DNA of 64,000 nucleotides from an uncultured Muribaculaceae bacterium (GCA_964397485.1 CAYNHT010000004.1:7825-71824), one strand, 5' to 3'. Shown: positions 21,219 to 31,185, counted from the first letter of the stretch. Program-made: numbers and translations. The notes: a model not told the origin generated them from the sequence alone.

Positions 21219-21228
21219 AAGGAGAAAT

Positions 21229-22146
21229 ATGGACAATAATGAAATAAAGCAGTTAATCACGCAGTTCTCGCATTCTAAACCAGATACAATAGGGATATTT
21301 GGATATGGATCTGGAGTAAATAAACAAGCTGGTTATACAAATAAAGATAGACCACAAATCGATTTAATTATGGTAGTAAATAATACGGAAAAATGGCATC
21401 TTGAAAATATTAAGATTAATCCTGATAATTATTCTCTTACTTCTAAATTATTCTTTTCTAAGATAGATTCAAAATGGCAACATTTTGCAACTGACATATG
21501 CTATTTACCATATATTAAGGAATTAGGGCACACTTTTAAAATTGGTATTATAAGTAAAGATGATTTATTGAATGATTTATACAACTGGGAATCTTTTTAT
21601 TTAGCAGGAAGATTTCAAAAGATTATTTTACCAATTAAGAGTACTGCAGAGTTAGATGTAGCAATTTCTAAAAATAGAGAAAAAGCTATAACTATAGCTT
21701 TACTATTAATGAGAAAAAAAGAGTTGAATTTATATAATCTATTTAAAAAAATATGTTCGTTATCATATCTTGGGGATATAAGAATGGGAATAGCAGAAAA
21801 TCCAAAGAAACTAGATAATCTAGTTAAAGGTGGTTATGAAGAATTTAAAAAAATCTATTCTAACAGTAACTTATTTCAAATAGATTCAAATGAAAAAATA
21901 ATCATTAATCACGATTCATTATATTCATCTATGGAACAATTGCCTAAGAGTTTAATAACTCATTTAGAAACTAATAACTACTCATTAGAACAATTAATAA
22001 CATTAAGAAAATTGTTAATAGATTTTTTTACAGAGAAAAATAAACATGTTAGTAGAGACCAGGCTATAAAAGGTTTTTTTACTGCTGGTCCAGTTAATTC
22101 TATATCATATTTAACAGAAAAAATATTAAAGAAAATCAAAAAATAA
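21229..22146 (+). CDS. Nucleotidyltransferase-fold protein, possibly Tam41/Mmp37-like (phosphatidate cytidylyltransferase-like).
   Basis: 305 aa; GIFGYGSGV...QIDLIMVV (NTase G[SG]...D motif) and YLAGRFQK, as recalled for the Mmp37/Tam41 family. Recalled from memory, not searched. Confidence 0.35.
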   Translation: MDNNEIKQLITQFSHSKPDTIGIFGYGSGVNKQAGYTNKDRPQIDLIMVVNNTEKWHLENIKINPDNYSLTSKLFFSKIDSKWQHFATDICYLPYIKELGHTFKIGIISKDDLLNDLYNWESFYLAGRFQKIILPIKSTAELDVAISKNREKAITIALLLMRKKELNLYNLFKKICSLSYLGDIRMGIAENPKKLDNLVKGGYEEFKKIYSNSNLFQIDSNEKIIINHDSLYSSMEQLPKSLITHLETNNYSLEQLITLRKLLIDFFTEKNKHVSRDQAIKGFFTAGPVNSISYLTEKILKKIKK

Positions 22147-22170
22147 AGACGAAATGTCTTTATTTTTGTA
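22145..22170. terminator. Bidirectional terminator between convergent genes.
   Basis: AAAGAC-GAAAT-GTCTTT followed by TTTTT. Confidence 0.5.
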
Positions 22171-22579
22171 TCATATTTAATAAATTTATTTTAAACATGT
22201 CCTTATCAGAATTTTGTTTTGAAACCATAACTCCCTTATAAGTAACAAGTTCAGATTGATGACCTTCACTTAATATATCGTGTGGCGTCAATTTATCTAA
22301 CATAACTATTGAATCATTTTCATAAACAACGTAATGTAGTTTTATATTTCCATGAACTTTAGCAAACATCACATCTGTTGGTAATTTTAATTCATAAGTT
22401 TTTGTACCATTAGTTTTATTTGTTGAAACTAATTCACCTAAGAAATTACCCTCTTTTAATGATGGATAAAATTCAAAATACAATTTTTTGTATGCCAACA
22501 TATTATACTTTTTTAATGAACGTTCTAATTTTTTAAATTCATTTTCGTTAACATAATCAAAAACGTAAGTTCCTTTCAT
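22160..22579 (-). CDS. Hypothetical protein (139 aa).
   Basis: Clean ORF in an intergenic-sized gap with coding-like composition; no recognisable motif. Confidence 0.4.
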   Translation of the reverse strand: MKGTYVFDYVNENEFKKLERSLKKYNMLAYKKLYFEFYPSLKEGNFLGELVSTNKTNGTKTYELKLPTDVMFAKVHGNIKLHYVVYENDSIVMLDKLTPHDILSEGHQSELVTYKGVMVSKQNSDKDMFKINLLNMIQK

Positions 22580-22684
22580 AGTGTACCCCCTTTTATTGTT
22601 CGACCGTTTATATATCTAAAGCCTAATAATGATAACATATTTTTTTTATTTTGTCAAATTAAGTATAAAAAAAAGAAGATTAAA

Positions 22685-24973
22685 TTAAATCTTCTTTCCA
22701 CCTTCACTGATTGTTATATCAGTGTTTTTTATACTTACCGCAACAACACGTAAATTCTTTAATTCTTCAATAGTTTTTTCTCTGCTAGAAGTTGTCTTAA
22801 CTTCTAAACCAGTACTATCATCAATAAGTCTACCTTTATCATCATAGTGATATCCAGGAGCAGCCTCATATCTTTCATTAATTCCATCATTTTGATTTTG
22901 AATTGAAGTATTTGAATTATAATTTGTATTATAATTTGTATTGTTATTTAGTTCACGATTAAGTTGTTTCTTCCCGTCATAATAACCTGTACTATAGTTT
23001 TCAGTGTAACTTTTAGTAAATGCATCCCTATAAACTTTATCACCAGAAATAGCACCAAAATTATCATTATATCTAGCACCGTTATACCCATCTGCATATC
23101 CATCTGCATATCCAGATTTTTTTCCATCTCTAATTCCATCAAGTCTTAATTGTTCATTTGTCTTGCTAGATGATTTTTCATTTTCAAGTTTCTTTTGACC
23201 TTCAGCATATCCAATTTTATATTGAGCTTTAAATCCTTCAATATATGCATCTCTATACTTTTTCTCACCAGATACTGAACCATAATTATCGTTATAAGTA
23301 TATCCCTTATAACCATCAGTTAACCCTTTATCATAACCTTTTTGTCCACCATCTTTTAAACCTTCTGCTCTTAAATCAACAACTTTATTTTCATTTTGAC
23401 GTTTCTTTTGACCTTCAGCATATCCAACTTTATATTGAGCTTTAAATCCTTCAATATATGCATCTCTATACTTCTTCTCACCAGATACTGAACCAAAACT
23501 ATCACTATAAGAATATCCTTTATAACCATCTGTAAAACCTTTATCGTATCCTTTTTGTCCACCGTCTTTTAAACCTTCTGCTCTCAAGTCAACAACTTTG
23601 GTTCCTTTTTCACGTTCAAGTTTCTTTTCCCCATCGCTATACCCTACTTTATATTGTGTTGTATAACTTTGTTTGAAAGCGTCAACAAATATCTTATCTC
23701 CAGTTACAGTTCTATATCCTTTATCATTATATGAATAACCTTTATAACCATCATTTAAACCGTTATCATAACCCATTTGACTACCCGCTAAAACACCAGC
23801 TACTCTTAATTCCTCATTTTGGTTTTCTTTTTTTAATTGCTCTTCTATTTTCTTTTGTTGTTCTTGTTTTTCTTTTTCTGTTGGATCTACAGCAATAAAT
23901 TTTTCACCAGTATTTTTATCAGTAACAATCTTATCTGTTGATTGAACTTTTTTGTCATTTGAAGTTCCTGTTTTAGGTTTATTATCAATAATTGCTTGTT
24001 CTAAACTTGGATTTGGTACATATTTAGCATTTAATAAATCAATTTTCTCTTGAATCTTCATTTCAATTTCTAATCCAGTTAATAACTCAATTGCAGAAAC
24101 CCCATCGTTATTACTTTTAATGTTTTTTGCTTCTTCAAGTTTAGCTGTTAACATTTCTTTAACATTGGTTTTTTCACCATTATATTTAGTGTTAGCAGTT
24201 GATTTACTTTCTAAATTACAATTTTCACCTGTACCAAAAATAATTTTACTCATACTAGCAGTAGGTACACGATAATTATTATTAATCGTCATTCTTTCCA
24301 TAGCTAAAAGTAATTTGAATCTAACAAGGTTAGAAGCTGCATCTGTTGATTTATAATTTTCAGTTGCAAATTCATTTTCAACAAATTTATTTAATTCTCC
24401 TGCTACAGTTGATTTACTATTAGATGTATTAAAAATAGCAATTTTTTCTTGTAACTTCTCAACAGCACTAGCTGAATCTTTATCAGCAACAAGACTTGCA
24501 ATATCAACTATTGTAGAAGGTGTTGATGTAATTGTATCATCTAGTAATGTGTTTGCTACAAAATCAAAATTACGAATAATTGATTCTTTTGTCTTAGTAG
24601 CAAATTGCAATCTTGCGTAATCACTTGGTTCAATATCATTTATATTAAGCACTGTATAAAAATCTACCCATTGCTCTATAGAAATATTATTAATCCCTTT
24701 TGTTAAAGCATCAACATAAACATCTGATATTCTATTAATCATTTCTTGATTACTATTAGGATCAAATGCCATATTTGGCGCTAAATTTTTTTGATTTTCT
24801 TTATCAATAGTAATACTGTTTGGCACAGCAGATCTAAAATTTGCTTTTTGAATTGCATATGAACCAAACACTACTGCTGCTGCAGTAGTAAGTGCAATCC
24901 AAGTAACTTGTGATTTTGTAAAAGTTTTTTCTTTTTTTAATTCTTGTTCTGTAATTTTTTTCTTATTATCCAT
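22685..24973 (-). CDS. Membrane-anchored surface protein with four tandem 71-aa repeats. Likely true start is MDNKKK at 24973; the ORF-track extension to 25000 covers the RBS GAAGGGGG.
   Basis: N-terminal TM segment (WIALTTAAAVVFGSYAI); coiled/charged middle; repeats VVDLRAEGLKDGGQKGYDKG(F/L)TDGYKGY(S/T)Y.D..GSVSGEKKYRDAYIEGFKAQYK(V/I)GYAEGQKK occur 4 times. Confidence 0.7.
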   Translation of the reverse strand: MDNKKKITEQELKKEKTFTKSQVTWIALTTAAAVVFGSYAIQKANFRSAVPNSITIDKENQKNLAPNMAFDPNSNQEMINRISDVYVDALTKGINNISIEQWVDFYTVLNINDIEPSDYARLQFATKTKESIIRNFDFVANTLLDDTITSTPSTIVDIASLVADKDSASAVEKLQEKIAIFNTSNSKSTVAGELNKFVENEFATENYKSTDAASNLVRFKLLLAMERMTINNNYRVPTASMSKIIFGTGENCNLESKSTANTKYNGEKTNVKEMLTAKLEEAKNIKSNNDGVSAIELLTGLEIEMKIQEKIDLLNAKYVPNPSLEQAIIDNKPKTGTSNDKKVQSTDKIVTDKNTGEKFIAVDPTEKEKQEQQKKIEEQLKKENQNEELRVAGVLAGSQMGYDNGLNDGYKGYSYNDKGYRTVTGDKIFVDAFKQSYTTQYKVGYSDGEKKLEREKGTKVVDLRAEGLKDGGQKGYDKGFTDGYKGYSYSDSFGSVSGEKKYRDAYIEGFKAQYKVGYAEGQKKRQNENKVVDLRAEGLKDGGQKGYDKGLTDGYKGYTYNDNYGSVSGEKKYRDAYIEGFKAQYKIGYAEGQKKLENEKSSSKTNEQLRLDGIRDGKKSGYADGYADGYNGARYNDNFGAISGDKVYRDAFTKSYTENYSTGYYDGKKQLNRELNNNTNYNTNYNSNTSIQNQNDGINERYEAAPGYHYDDKGRLIDDSTGLEVKTTSSREKTIEELKNLRVVAVSIKNTDITISEGGKKI
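22980..23810. repeat. Intragenic tandem DNA repeat, ~213-bp period x ~4 (two central copies >90% identical).
   Basis: GACCTTCAGCATATCCAA...CTTTATATTGAGCTTTAAATCCTTCAATATATGCATCTCTATAC recurs at 23197 and 23410; it encodes the 71-aa protein repeats. Confidence 0.75.
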
Positions 24974-24999
24974 AAATAAGACCCCCTTCTTTAGTACCA

Positions 25000-26268
25000 T
25001 TATTTCTTAACAATTTTATTACCTGTTAATTGATACCCTTGTTTCAATAAACTAGTATCATTATTATGACTCCATTTAACTGTTTTACTTCCGTTTACAA
25101 TATTTCTAGTTCTATAACTATAATAAGTTGTTGTTATTGGTGTTTTGACAATTCCATATACCGGATCTTTTTTAGTTTTGGTAACATAACCTGTAAATAC
25201 TTCTCTAGTCATATAAATTGGTGTCTCTTTATTTTGATAAACTGCACATTGTTGTTGACCATTTTTAACTTCATATTTAGTTCTTGTATAAACTTTATAA
25301 GTTGCATACGTTCCAGAACTACAATTTCCACAATCATAATCACCGCTTGACCCTGAAACATAAACATATTGTTTTAATTCAGTATCTTTAGGTGTTGTTG
25401 AGAAAACCTGAACACCTTGGTAAACCCAATCTGTGTATTTATATGTTCCTGTTCCTACATAAACAGTCTCATACTTTGTACAAACTTTTTCTGTTTTAGT
25501 TCCAACTTGAACTTGTTGATTTTCATATGTAGCTTCTTGATAAGATGTTGTCTTGTAAGCAACAATTTTTTCTTCTTCTTTATAGTAAGTAGAAGTTGTT
25601 GTTTTAACATCAGTTAAACTATTTGAGTATAATCTGTTTGTTGTCCAATTTGACCAACTACTCCAATCCGTATACGAACTTCCAACAATCTTTACATATT
25701 CATATAGATATTCCGTTGTTGGTTTTGTCGGTGTCGGTTTTGTTGGTGTTGGTTTTGTCGGCGTTGGTTTTGGTTTCGTTGGAGTTGGTGTTGTTACGAC
25801 TGGCTTTGTATCTTCTTCTTTTTCACATATATCAGTCTCACAATAGTTATAGCACCCCATGTGAACTATAATATAATCTTCTTTATCAGAGCATTTTAAA
25901 TTAATTTTCATCCTGTATTCATCATCCATTTTTGTTATATCAACAAATGAATTATTTGAATCACATTGTCTACCTTCGCTATCAACAAATGGTAATACTA
26001 TTTTTTTCTCTAACATTTCTGATAAAGTTATAGAAACTTTATCGCCAACATTTTTTGGCAATCTTGTTGTAGTAAAGTAATCTTTAGCAGCTTCACGCAT
26101 ACTCATAACATTTTCATTATAAATACTAACATATAATGGCTCAACTGCCTTTTTTACTGCTCCCTTAGTTGGAAAAAGCCAAATCAGTATAAAAATGAAT
26201 AATGCAACAAATAATATTTGCAAAACTACATCCCTTATAGAAAAGGTTTCTCTTCTTTCATTATACAT
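25000..26268 (-). CDS. Membrane-anchored extracellular protein with a Pro/Thr/Lys-rich linker and a Cys-rich domain.
   Basis: N-terminal TM segment (VLQILFVALFIFILIWLF); linker TPTPTKPKPTPTKPTPTKPTPTKPT; stop overlaps the downstream start (ATGA-type junction at 25000), implying co-transcription with the repeat protein. Confidence 0.65.
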   Translation of the reverse strand: MYNERRETFSIRDVVLQILFVALFIFILIWLFPTKGAVKKAVEPLYVSIYNENVMSMREAAKDYFTTTRLPKNVGDKVSITLSEMLEKKIVLPFVDSEGRQCDSNNSFVDITKMDDEYRMKINLKCSDKEDYIIVHMGCYNYCETDICEKEEDTKPVVTTPTPTKPKPTPTKPTPTKPTPTKPTTEYLYEYVKIVGSSYTDWSSWSNWTTNRLYSNSLTDVKTTTSTYYKEEEKIVAYKTTSYQEATYENQQVQVGTKTEKVCTKYETVYVGTGTYKYTDWVYQGVQVFSTTPKDTELKQYVYVSGSSGDYDCGNCSSGTYATYKVYTRTKYEVKNGQQQCAVYQNKETPIYMTREVFTGYVTKTKKDPVYGIVKTPITTTYYSYRTRNIVNGSKTVKWSHNNDTSLLKQGYQLTGNKIVKK

Positions 26269-26294
26269 ATTAATTCCCCCTTAAATTTGCCCAT

Positions 26295-26323
26295 ATATTA
26301 CCATAAAGCAATATATTTGTCAA
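26295..26323 (-). promoter_or_regulatory. Near-consensus sigma-A promoter (TTGACA-17-TAATAT) for the two-gene surface-protein operon.
   Basis: Minus strand: TTGACA (plus 26318-26323), 17-nt spacer, TAATAT (plus 26295-26300), then AAGGGGG RBS and ATG at 26268. Confidence 0.55.
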
Positions 26324-26434
26324 TCAAATTTCCTAGTATAATTGTTTATATAATTTTTTGTTACACTGTGTTTTAAAAAAACACAGAAAAAACCTAAATA
26401 TTCAGTAATATTTTACCACCAGTGTAAAGTTTTG

Positions 26435-26701
26435 TCAAATTTTCACCTTGGCAATTGTACAACCATTATTATAATAATATGTCTTGAATTCTAACACATT
26501 ACGATTATGTTTTAAACAGTCATGAGTTGCTTGCCTGAGTATTCCAGAACCAATGCCATGAACAATCACAATAAATTCATTTTTCATTTTGATATTGTCA
26601 TTAACAAAATCATTAACTGCCACTCTCGCACTATCCCGATCATATCCATGCAAATCCAATTTTGGTAGATTATCTATAAAAATGAGATTATTCAAATTCA
26701 C
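26435..26701 (-). CDS. Smr (small MutS-related) domain protein.
   Basis: 88 aa; LDLHGYDRDSA ... VHGIGSGILR Smr-domain signature. Confidence 0.7.
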   Translation of the reverse strand: MNLNNLIFIDNLPKLDLHGYDRDSARVAVNDFVNDNIKMKNEFIVIVHGIGSGILRQATHDCLKHNRNVLEFKTYYYNNGCTIAKVKI

Positions 26702-27587
26702 TGTAAAATTCTTTCATTTCTTCTTTACTAAATATAGAATAACGTCCACCAATTCTAGTAACTGATAATGCTCCTGCAATATTAGACATTTTCAATATTT
26801 TTTCGTATGCCATGTTTTTAGCAATACCATAAGTAAATGCTCCATGAAAAATATCCCCGGCTCCTGTTGAGTCAATTGGTTTAACTTTGATAGAAGGCAT
26901 TACTTTTATATTATTATCATATTCATATAAACATCCTTTTGATTCCAATGTAACTACAATATTGGTTTTAAAAATTTCTTTCATCTTATTATATAACCCA
27001 ATAATAGTATCATTATTTTCAAGATCGATATCTATACTAGTAACAGTCTCAGCAAAAACCTTAGAACAAACAACATAATCAACCATTTTTGATAATTCTA
27101 TTATTTCTTCTGTTGGTCTTCCTGCATCAATAATACTAATTGCATTAGGATATTTATTTAATATATCTTTAGACAACTCATATTCTTGTCCATCTATTAA
27201 AATAATATCAGGTTCAAAATCAAGAACAATTGGATCCATCTTCATTTCGCTAGGTCGATATGTCATAATTGTTCTACTACCACTTTCTTTGTTAGCAATA
27301 ATAAAACTAGTAGTAGTCTTACATTCATCACTAATTTGTAAATATCTAGTATCTACTTTAACATTAGCAAATTCATCTTTTATTTTTTTTCCAAATTCGT
27401 CATTGCCAACTATTCCAGCAAATGTTGTATCCATTCCCCATTTTCCAAGTAAATATGCTGCATTTGAGGCTGGCCCCCCACCACATTCAAGTCTCATATC
27501 TACTCTATTTTTTGTATTTTCTTCTGGAAATGTTTCAACTGGAAATGTCACATCATACGCGGCATGACCAATACATAATATTTTCAT
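26688..27587 (-). CDS. PfkB-family carbohydrate/nucleoside kinase (ribokinase-like).
   Basis: N-terminal GGGPASNAA and C-terminal DSTGAGDIFHGAF (PfkB signature 2). Confidence 0.8.
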   Translation of the reverse strand: MKILCIGHAAYDVTFPVETFPEENTKNRVDMRLECGGGPASNAAYLLGKWGMDTTFAGIVGNDEFGKKIKDEFANVKVDTRYLQISDECKTTTSFIIANKESGSRTIMTYRPSEMKMDPIVLDFEPDIILIDGQEYELSKDILNKYPNAISIIDAGRPTEEIIELSKMVDYVVCSKVFAETVTSIDIDLENNDTIIGLYNKMKEIFKTNIVVTLESKGCLYEYDNNIKVMPSIKVKPIDSTGAGDIFHGAFTYGIAKNMAYEKILKMSNIAGALSVTRIGGRYSIFSKEEMKEFYSEFE

Positions 27588-27631
27588 CTAATCACCTATT
27601 CTATTATCTCAAAAAAATAGGATATAAGCAA

Positions 27632-28390
27632 TTATTTTTTCATAATTTTAACAATTGTATTATGTTTATCTTTAGTTATTTCTTCTTCATTTAATAAAGC
27701 AAAAAATTGATTTATAAAACCTACTGGATTTTCTTTTTTTAGTATTGTTGCATATACAAACTTTTTTATTTCTTTGTCAATATTTAATTTTTCTATTATA
27801 GTTTTAAATTTTTCTTTACCGTATTTATAAATGAAATGTTCAAAATCTGTTCCGTATAAATATGAAAACACTAATATTATACTATTACATTTAATTAAGT
27901 GTTTGGCATGCTTATATTCTGATTTGCTTGAAATTCCCTCAATTGCACTACCATCCATATCTACTATTTGTAAGTCATCGTTATAAATCAAAAGATTGTA
28001 TAAATTAATATCATCATAACAAATTCCCATTTCTTCTAATTTTTTGACGGCTTGAATAAGCTTATTGCATATTAATAATCTAGTATTATAACTGACACTT
28101 TCATCGTGCAAAGTGGAATATAATTGTTTATAACGAGCATAAAAATCCATTCTCATACCAGCAAAAATATTATTAATATAAATTTTGCTGTTAGGCATTA
28201 CGCAATTTTCAACATAACCAATATTCATTAAAAAGTCAGTAATTTTTTCTTTTTCATCCCTATCTTCTTTGTTAAATATTTTATATAAATATTTATCGTT
28301 TTGATAAAGTTTTCCCTCACTACACATTTTCGATTTGCTGTATATTTTCAAATTTTTTAGTGATTTGTTAGATAAAAGTATTTTTTCCAT
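27632..28390 (-). CDS. Small atypical protein-kinase-like (PKL) fold protein, paralog 2.
   Basis: 252 aa; SEGKLYQNDKYLYKIF (Gly-loop/Lys), GICYDDINLYNLLI (catalytic-loop-like DxxxxN), IVDMDGS (DFG-like). Confidence 0.5.
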   Translation of the reverse strand: MEKILLSNKSLKNLKIYSKSKMCSEGKLYQNDKYLYKIFNKEDRDEKEKITDFLMNIGYVENCVMPNSKIYINNIFAGMRMDFYARYKQLYSTLHDESVSYNTRLLICNKLIQAVKKLEEMGICYDDINLYNLLIYNDDLQIVDMDGSAIEGISSKSEYKHAKHLIKCNSIILVFSYLYGTDFEHFIYKYGKEKFKTIIEKLNIDKEIKKFVYATILKKENPVGFINQFFALLNEEEITKDKHNTIVKIMKK

Positions 28391-28465
28391 AAATACCTCC
28401 TGGACCTATAGAATACCATGTTTTGCCAATTTGTCAAACAAAAAAAGAAATAATTTATATTTCTT

Positions 28466-31093
28466 TTAATTAATATTTGATTTTACTTTAGCTTGTGCAG
28501 CAGCAAGTCTAGCAAGTGGCACTCTATATGGAGAACAAGATACATAGTCTAGCCCTATATGATGGCAGAATTCTACACTTGATGGTTCTCCACCATGTTC
28601 ACCACATATACCAAGTTTAATATCAGGTCTTCCCATTCTTCCTTTTGTTACAGCCATTTCGATTAATTTTCCTACACCGGTTTGATCAAGTTTAGCAAAT
28701 GGATCAGTTTCAAATATATTTTTTTCATAATAATCATTTAAAAATTTAGAAGCATCATCTCTTGAAAATCCATACGCTAATTGTGTCAAATCATTCGTTC
28801 CAAAACTAAAGAATTCTGCTTCCGTAGCTATTTCGTCAGCTATAAAAGAAGCTCTTGGTACTTCAATCATTGTACCAATATGATACTTAACTTTAGTGTT
28901 AAATTCATTCATTACATCTTCTGCTGTATCAATCACTATTTTTTTGATATATTTTAATTCTTTAACATCACCAATAAGAGGAATCATAATTTCAGGCACA
29001 ACATTCATCCCCTCATTATTAACGTTGATAGCTGCCTCAATTACTGCTCTAGTTTGCATTAATGCAATTTCTGGATAAGTAACTGCTAAACGACATCCAC
29101 GATGCCCCATCATTGGATTAAACTCTTTTAATGAATCAATACGATTTTTTAATTGCTCAAAAGTCATTCCTAATGCAACCGCTAAAGGTTTGATATCTTC
29201 ATCACTATGTGGCAAAAATTCATGTAGTGGTGGATCTAAATAGCGAATTGTAACAGGAAATCCCTTCATTTCTCTAAATAGTTTTTCAAAATCTCCTCTT
29301 TGCATTGGCAGTAGTTGTTCTAATGCTTTTTTTCTTTGTTCAACAGTTTCTGAAGTAATCATCTCACGCATTGCGAAAATACGATCTTCTTCAAAAAACA
29401 TGTGCTCTGTTCTACATAAACCTATTCCCTCTGCTCCAAACTTCATTGCCTGAATAGCGTCTTTTGGAGTGTCTGCATTAGCCCTTACTCCTAAATCACG
29501 AACATTATCAGCCCAATTCATAAAAGTTTCAAAATCTCCGCTTATTTTAGGTTCAGAAGTTAGTATTTTTTCACCATAAACCATCCCTGTTGATCCGTCT
29601 AATGATAAGTAATCTCCTTCTTTAAACACTATCCCTTCTTTTGTAGTTAATGTTTTGTTTTCCTCATCGATAATAAGATCCCCACAACCACTAACACAAC
29701 ATCTCCCCATTCCACGGGCAACAACCGCAGCGTGTGAAGTCATTCCTCCACGGATAGTTAAAATTCCACGAGCATCATTCATTCCTTGAATATCTTCCGG
29801 TGAAGTTTCTAAACGCACTAGAATAGTATCTTCACCATCATTAGAAGCTTCAGTTACATCCTCAGCCGTAAAATAAATTTTACCAGTTGCAGCGCCAGGT
29901 GAGGCAGCAAGTCCTGTTGCTATTACCTTAGCATTTTTTAGTGCTTCAATATCAAAAGTTGGATGCAGTAATTGGTCTAGTTGTTTTGGTTCTACTTTTA
30001 ACAAGGCTTCTTCCTTTGTAAGCATTCCTTCATTTACCATATCAACAGCTATTTTTAAAGCAGCATGTGCTGTTCTTTTTCCATTTCGTGTCTGCAACAT
30101 GAATAATTTACCATTTTCAATTGTAAACTCCATATCTTGCATATCTTTATAATGATTCTCTAACGTTTTAGCAAATTTCTCAAATTGTTTATAAACATCA
30201 GGCATGACATCTGCTAGAGTACTGATTGGTTGAGGTGTACGAATTCCGGCAACAACATCTTCCCCTTGTGCATTTATCAAATATTCACCATATAATTTAT
30301 TTTCACCTGTTGCGGGATTTCTTGTAAAAGCAACTCCCGTCCCACAGTCATTACCACGATTCCCATATACCATCTCTTGAACATTAACGGCTGTTCCCCA
30401 TGAACTTGGAATATCATTCATTCTACGATATATTATCGCTCGTTCATTATTCCATGATCTAAATACTGCGGTAACCGCTTCTATTAATTGAACTTTAGGA
30501 TCCTGTGGAAATTCACTATTTGAGAGATTCTTATATACCTCTTTAAATTTCATAGCAACTTCATACATATCTTCATCATTTAAGTCAGTATCATACTCTA
30601 CTCCTTTTTCTTCTTTTATTTTATCTAATAAACGTTCAAAAGAAGATTTCGGATATCCTTTTACAACATCTGCAAACATCTGAATAAAACGACGATATGA
30701 ATCATATGCAAATCTTTTATTATTTGTTGCTTTGGCAAACCCAGATGCTACTTCATCATTTAACCCAAGATTAAGGACTGTATCCATCATTCCCGGCATA
30801 CTAGCACGAGAACCACTCCTAACAGAAACTAATAACGGATTGTCAAAATCCCCCATTTTTTTACCAGTTAGTTTTTCTAACTCTGATATTTTTTCAAATA
30901 TCTCATTTTCTACATCAGAACTTATAACTTTTTTATCTTCATAGTACTTATTACAAGCTTCAGTAGTTATTGTAAACCCACTTGGTACTGGTAAACCTAT
31001 CGAGGTCATTTCAGCTAGATTAGCACCCTTACCACCTAATAAATTTTTCATTTCTTTATTACCTTCACTAAAGGCATATACATATTTAGACAT
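28466..31093 (-). CDS. ppdK: Pyruvate, phosphate dikinase. Start corrected to ATG at 31093 (MSKYVYAF...); the ORF-track start at 31126 is an upstream extension that runs over the GGGAGGAAAG RBS.
   Basis: GGKGANLAEM, PEP-utilizing His region GGMTSHAAVVARGMG, C-terminal GLDYVSCSP TIM-barrel motifs; ~875 aa. Confidence 0.93.
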   Translation of the reverse strand: MSKYVYAFSEGNKEMKNLLGGKGANLAEMTSIGLPVPSGFTITTEACNKYYEDKKVISSDVENEIFEKISELEKLTGKKMGDFDNPLLVSVRSGSRASMPGMMDTVLNLGLNDEVASGFAKATNNKRFAYDSYRRFIQMFADVVKGYPKSSFERLLDKIKEEKGVEYDTDLNDEDMYEVAMKFKEVYKNLSNSEFPQDPKVQLIEAVTAVFRSWNNERAIIYRRMNDIPSSWGTAVNVQEMVYGNRGNDCGTGVAFTRNPATGENKLYGEYLINAQGEDVVAGIRTPQPISTLADVMPDVYKQFEKFAKTLENHYKDMQDMEFTIENGKLFMLQTRNGKRTAHAALKIAVDMVNEGMLTKEEALLKVEPKQLDQLLHPTFDIEALKNAKVIATGLAASPGAATGKIYFTAEDVTEASNDGEDTILVRLETSPEDIQGMNDARGILTIRGGMTSHAAVVARGMGRCCVSGCGDLIIDEENKTLTTKEGIVFKEGDYLSLDGSTGMVYGEKILTSEPKISGDFETFMNWADNVRDLGVRANADTPKDAIQAMKFGAEGIGLCRTEHMFFEEDRIFAMREMITSETVEQRKKALEQLLPMQRGDFEKLFREMKGFPVTIRYLDPPLHEFLPHSDEDIKPLAVALGMTFEQLKNRIDSLKEFNPMMGHRGCRLAVTYPEIALMQTRAVIEAAINVNNEGMNVVPEIMIPLIGDVKELKYIKKIVIDTAEDVMNEFNTKVKYHIGTMIEVPRASFIADEIATEAEFFSFGTNDLTQLAYGFSRDDASKFLNDYYEKNIFETDPFAKLDQTGVGKLIEMAVTKGRMGRPDIKLGICGEHGGEPSSVEFCHHIGLDYVSCSPYRVPLARLAAAQAKVKSNIN

Positions 31094-31117
31094 ATTAATC
31101 TTTCCTCCCGTATTATG

Positions 31118-31146
31118 ACATAACAATTATACCAAATATACCTATA
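31118..31146 (-). promoter_or_regulatory. Candidate promoter for ppdK (TTGTTT-17-TATAAT).
   Basis: Minus-strand reading TTGTTTtgtataggtatatttggTATAAT ~30 nt upstream of the RBS. Confidence 0.35.
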
Positions 31147-31185
31147 CAAAACAAGAAAAATGCCAATTGTTGACATTTATTTACT

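Noticed and set aside
22980-23810. Regularly spaced ~213-bp direct repeats that could superficially suggest a CRISPR-like array.
   Set aside because: The repeats are in-frame coding repeats inside a long ORF. The period is too long, and there are no short unique spacers. No cas genes are nearby.
26340-26400. Hairpin ACACTGTGTT...AACACAG between the Smr gene and the surface-protein operon as a terminator.
   Set aside because: The T-run lies inside the loop rather than 3' of the stem on either strand, so support is weak. It is left unannotated.
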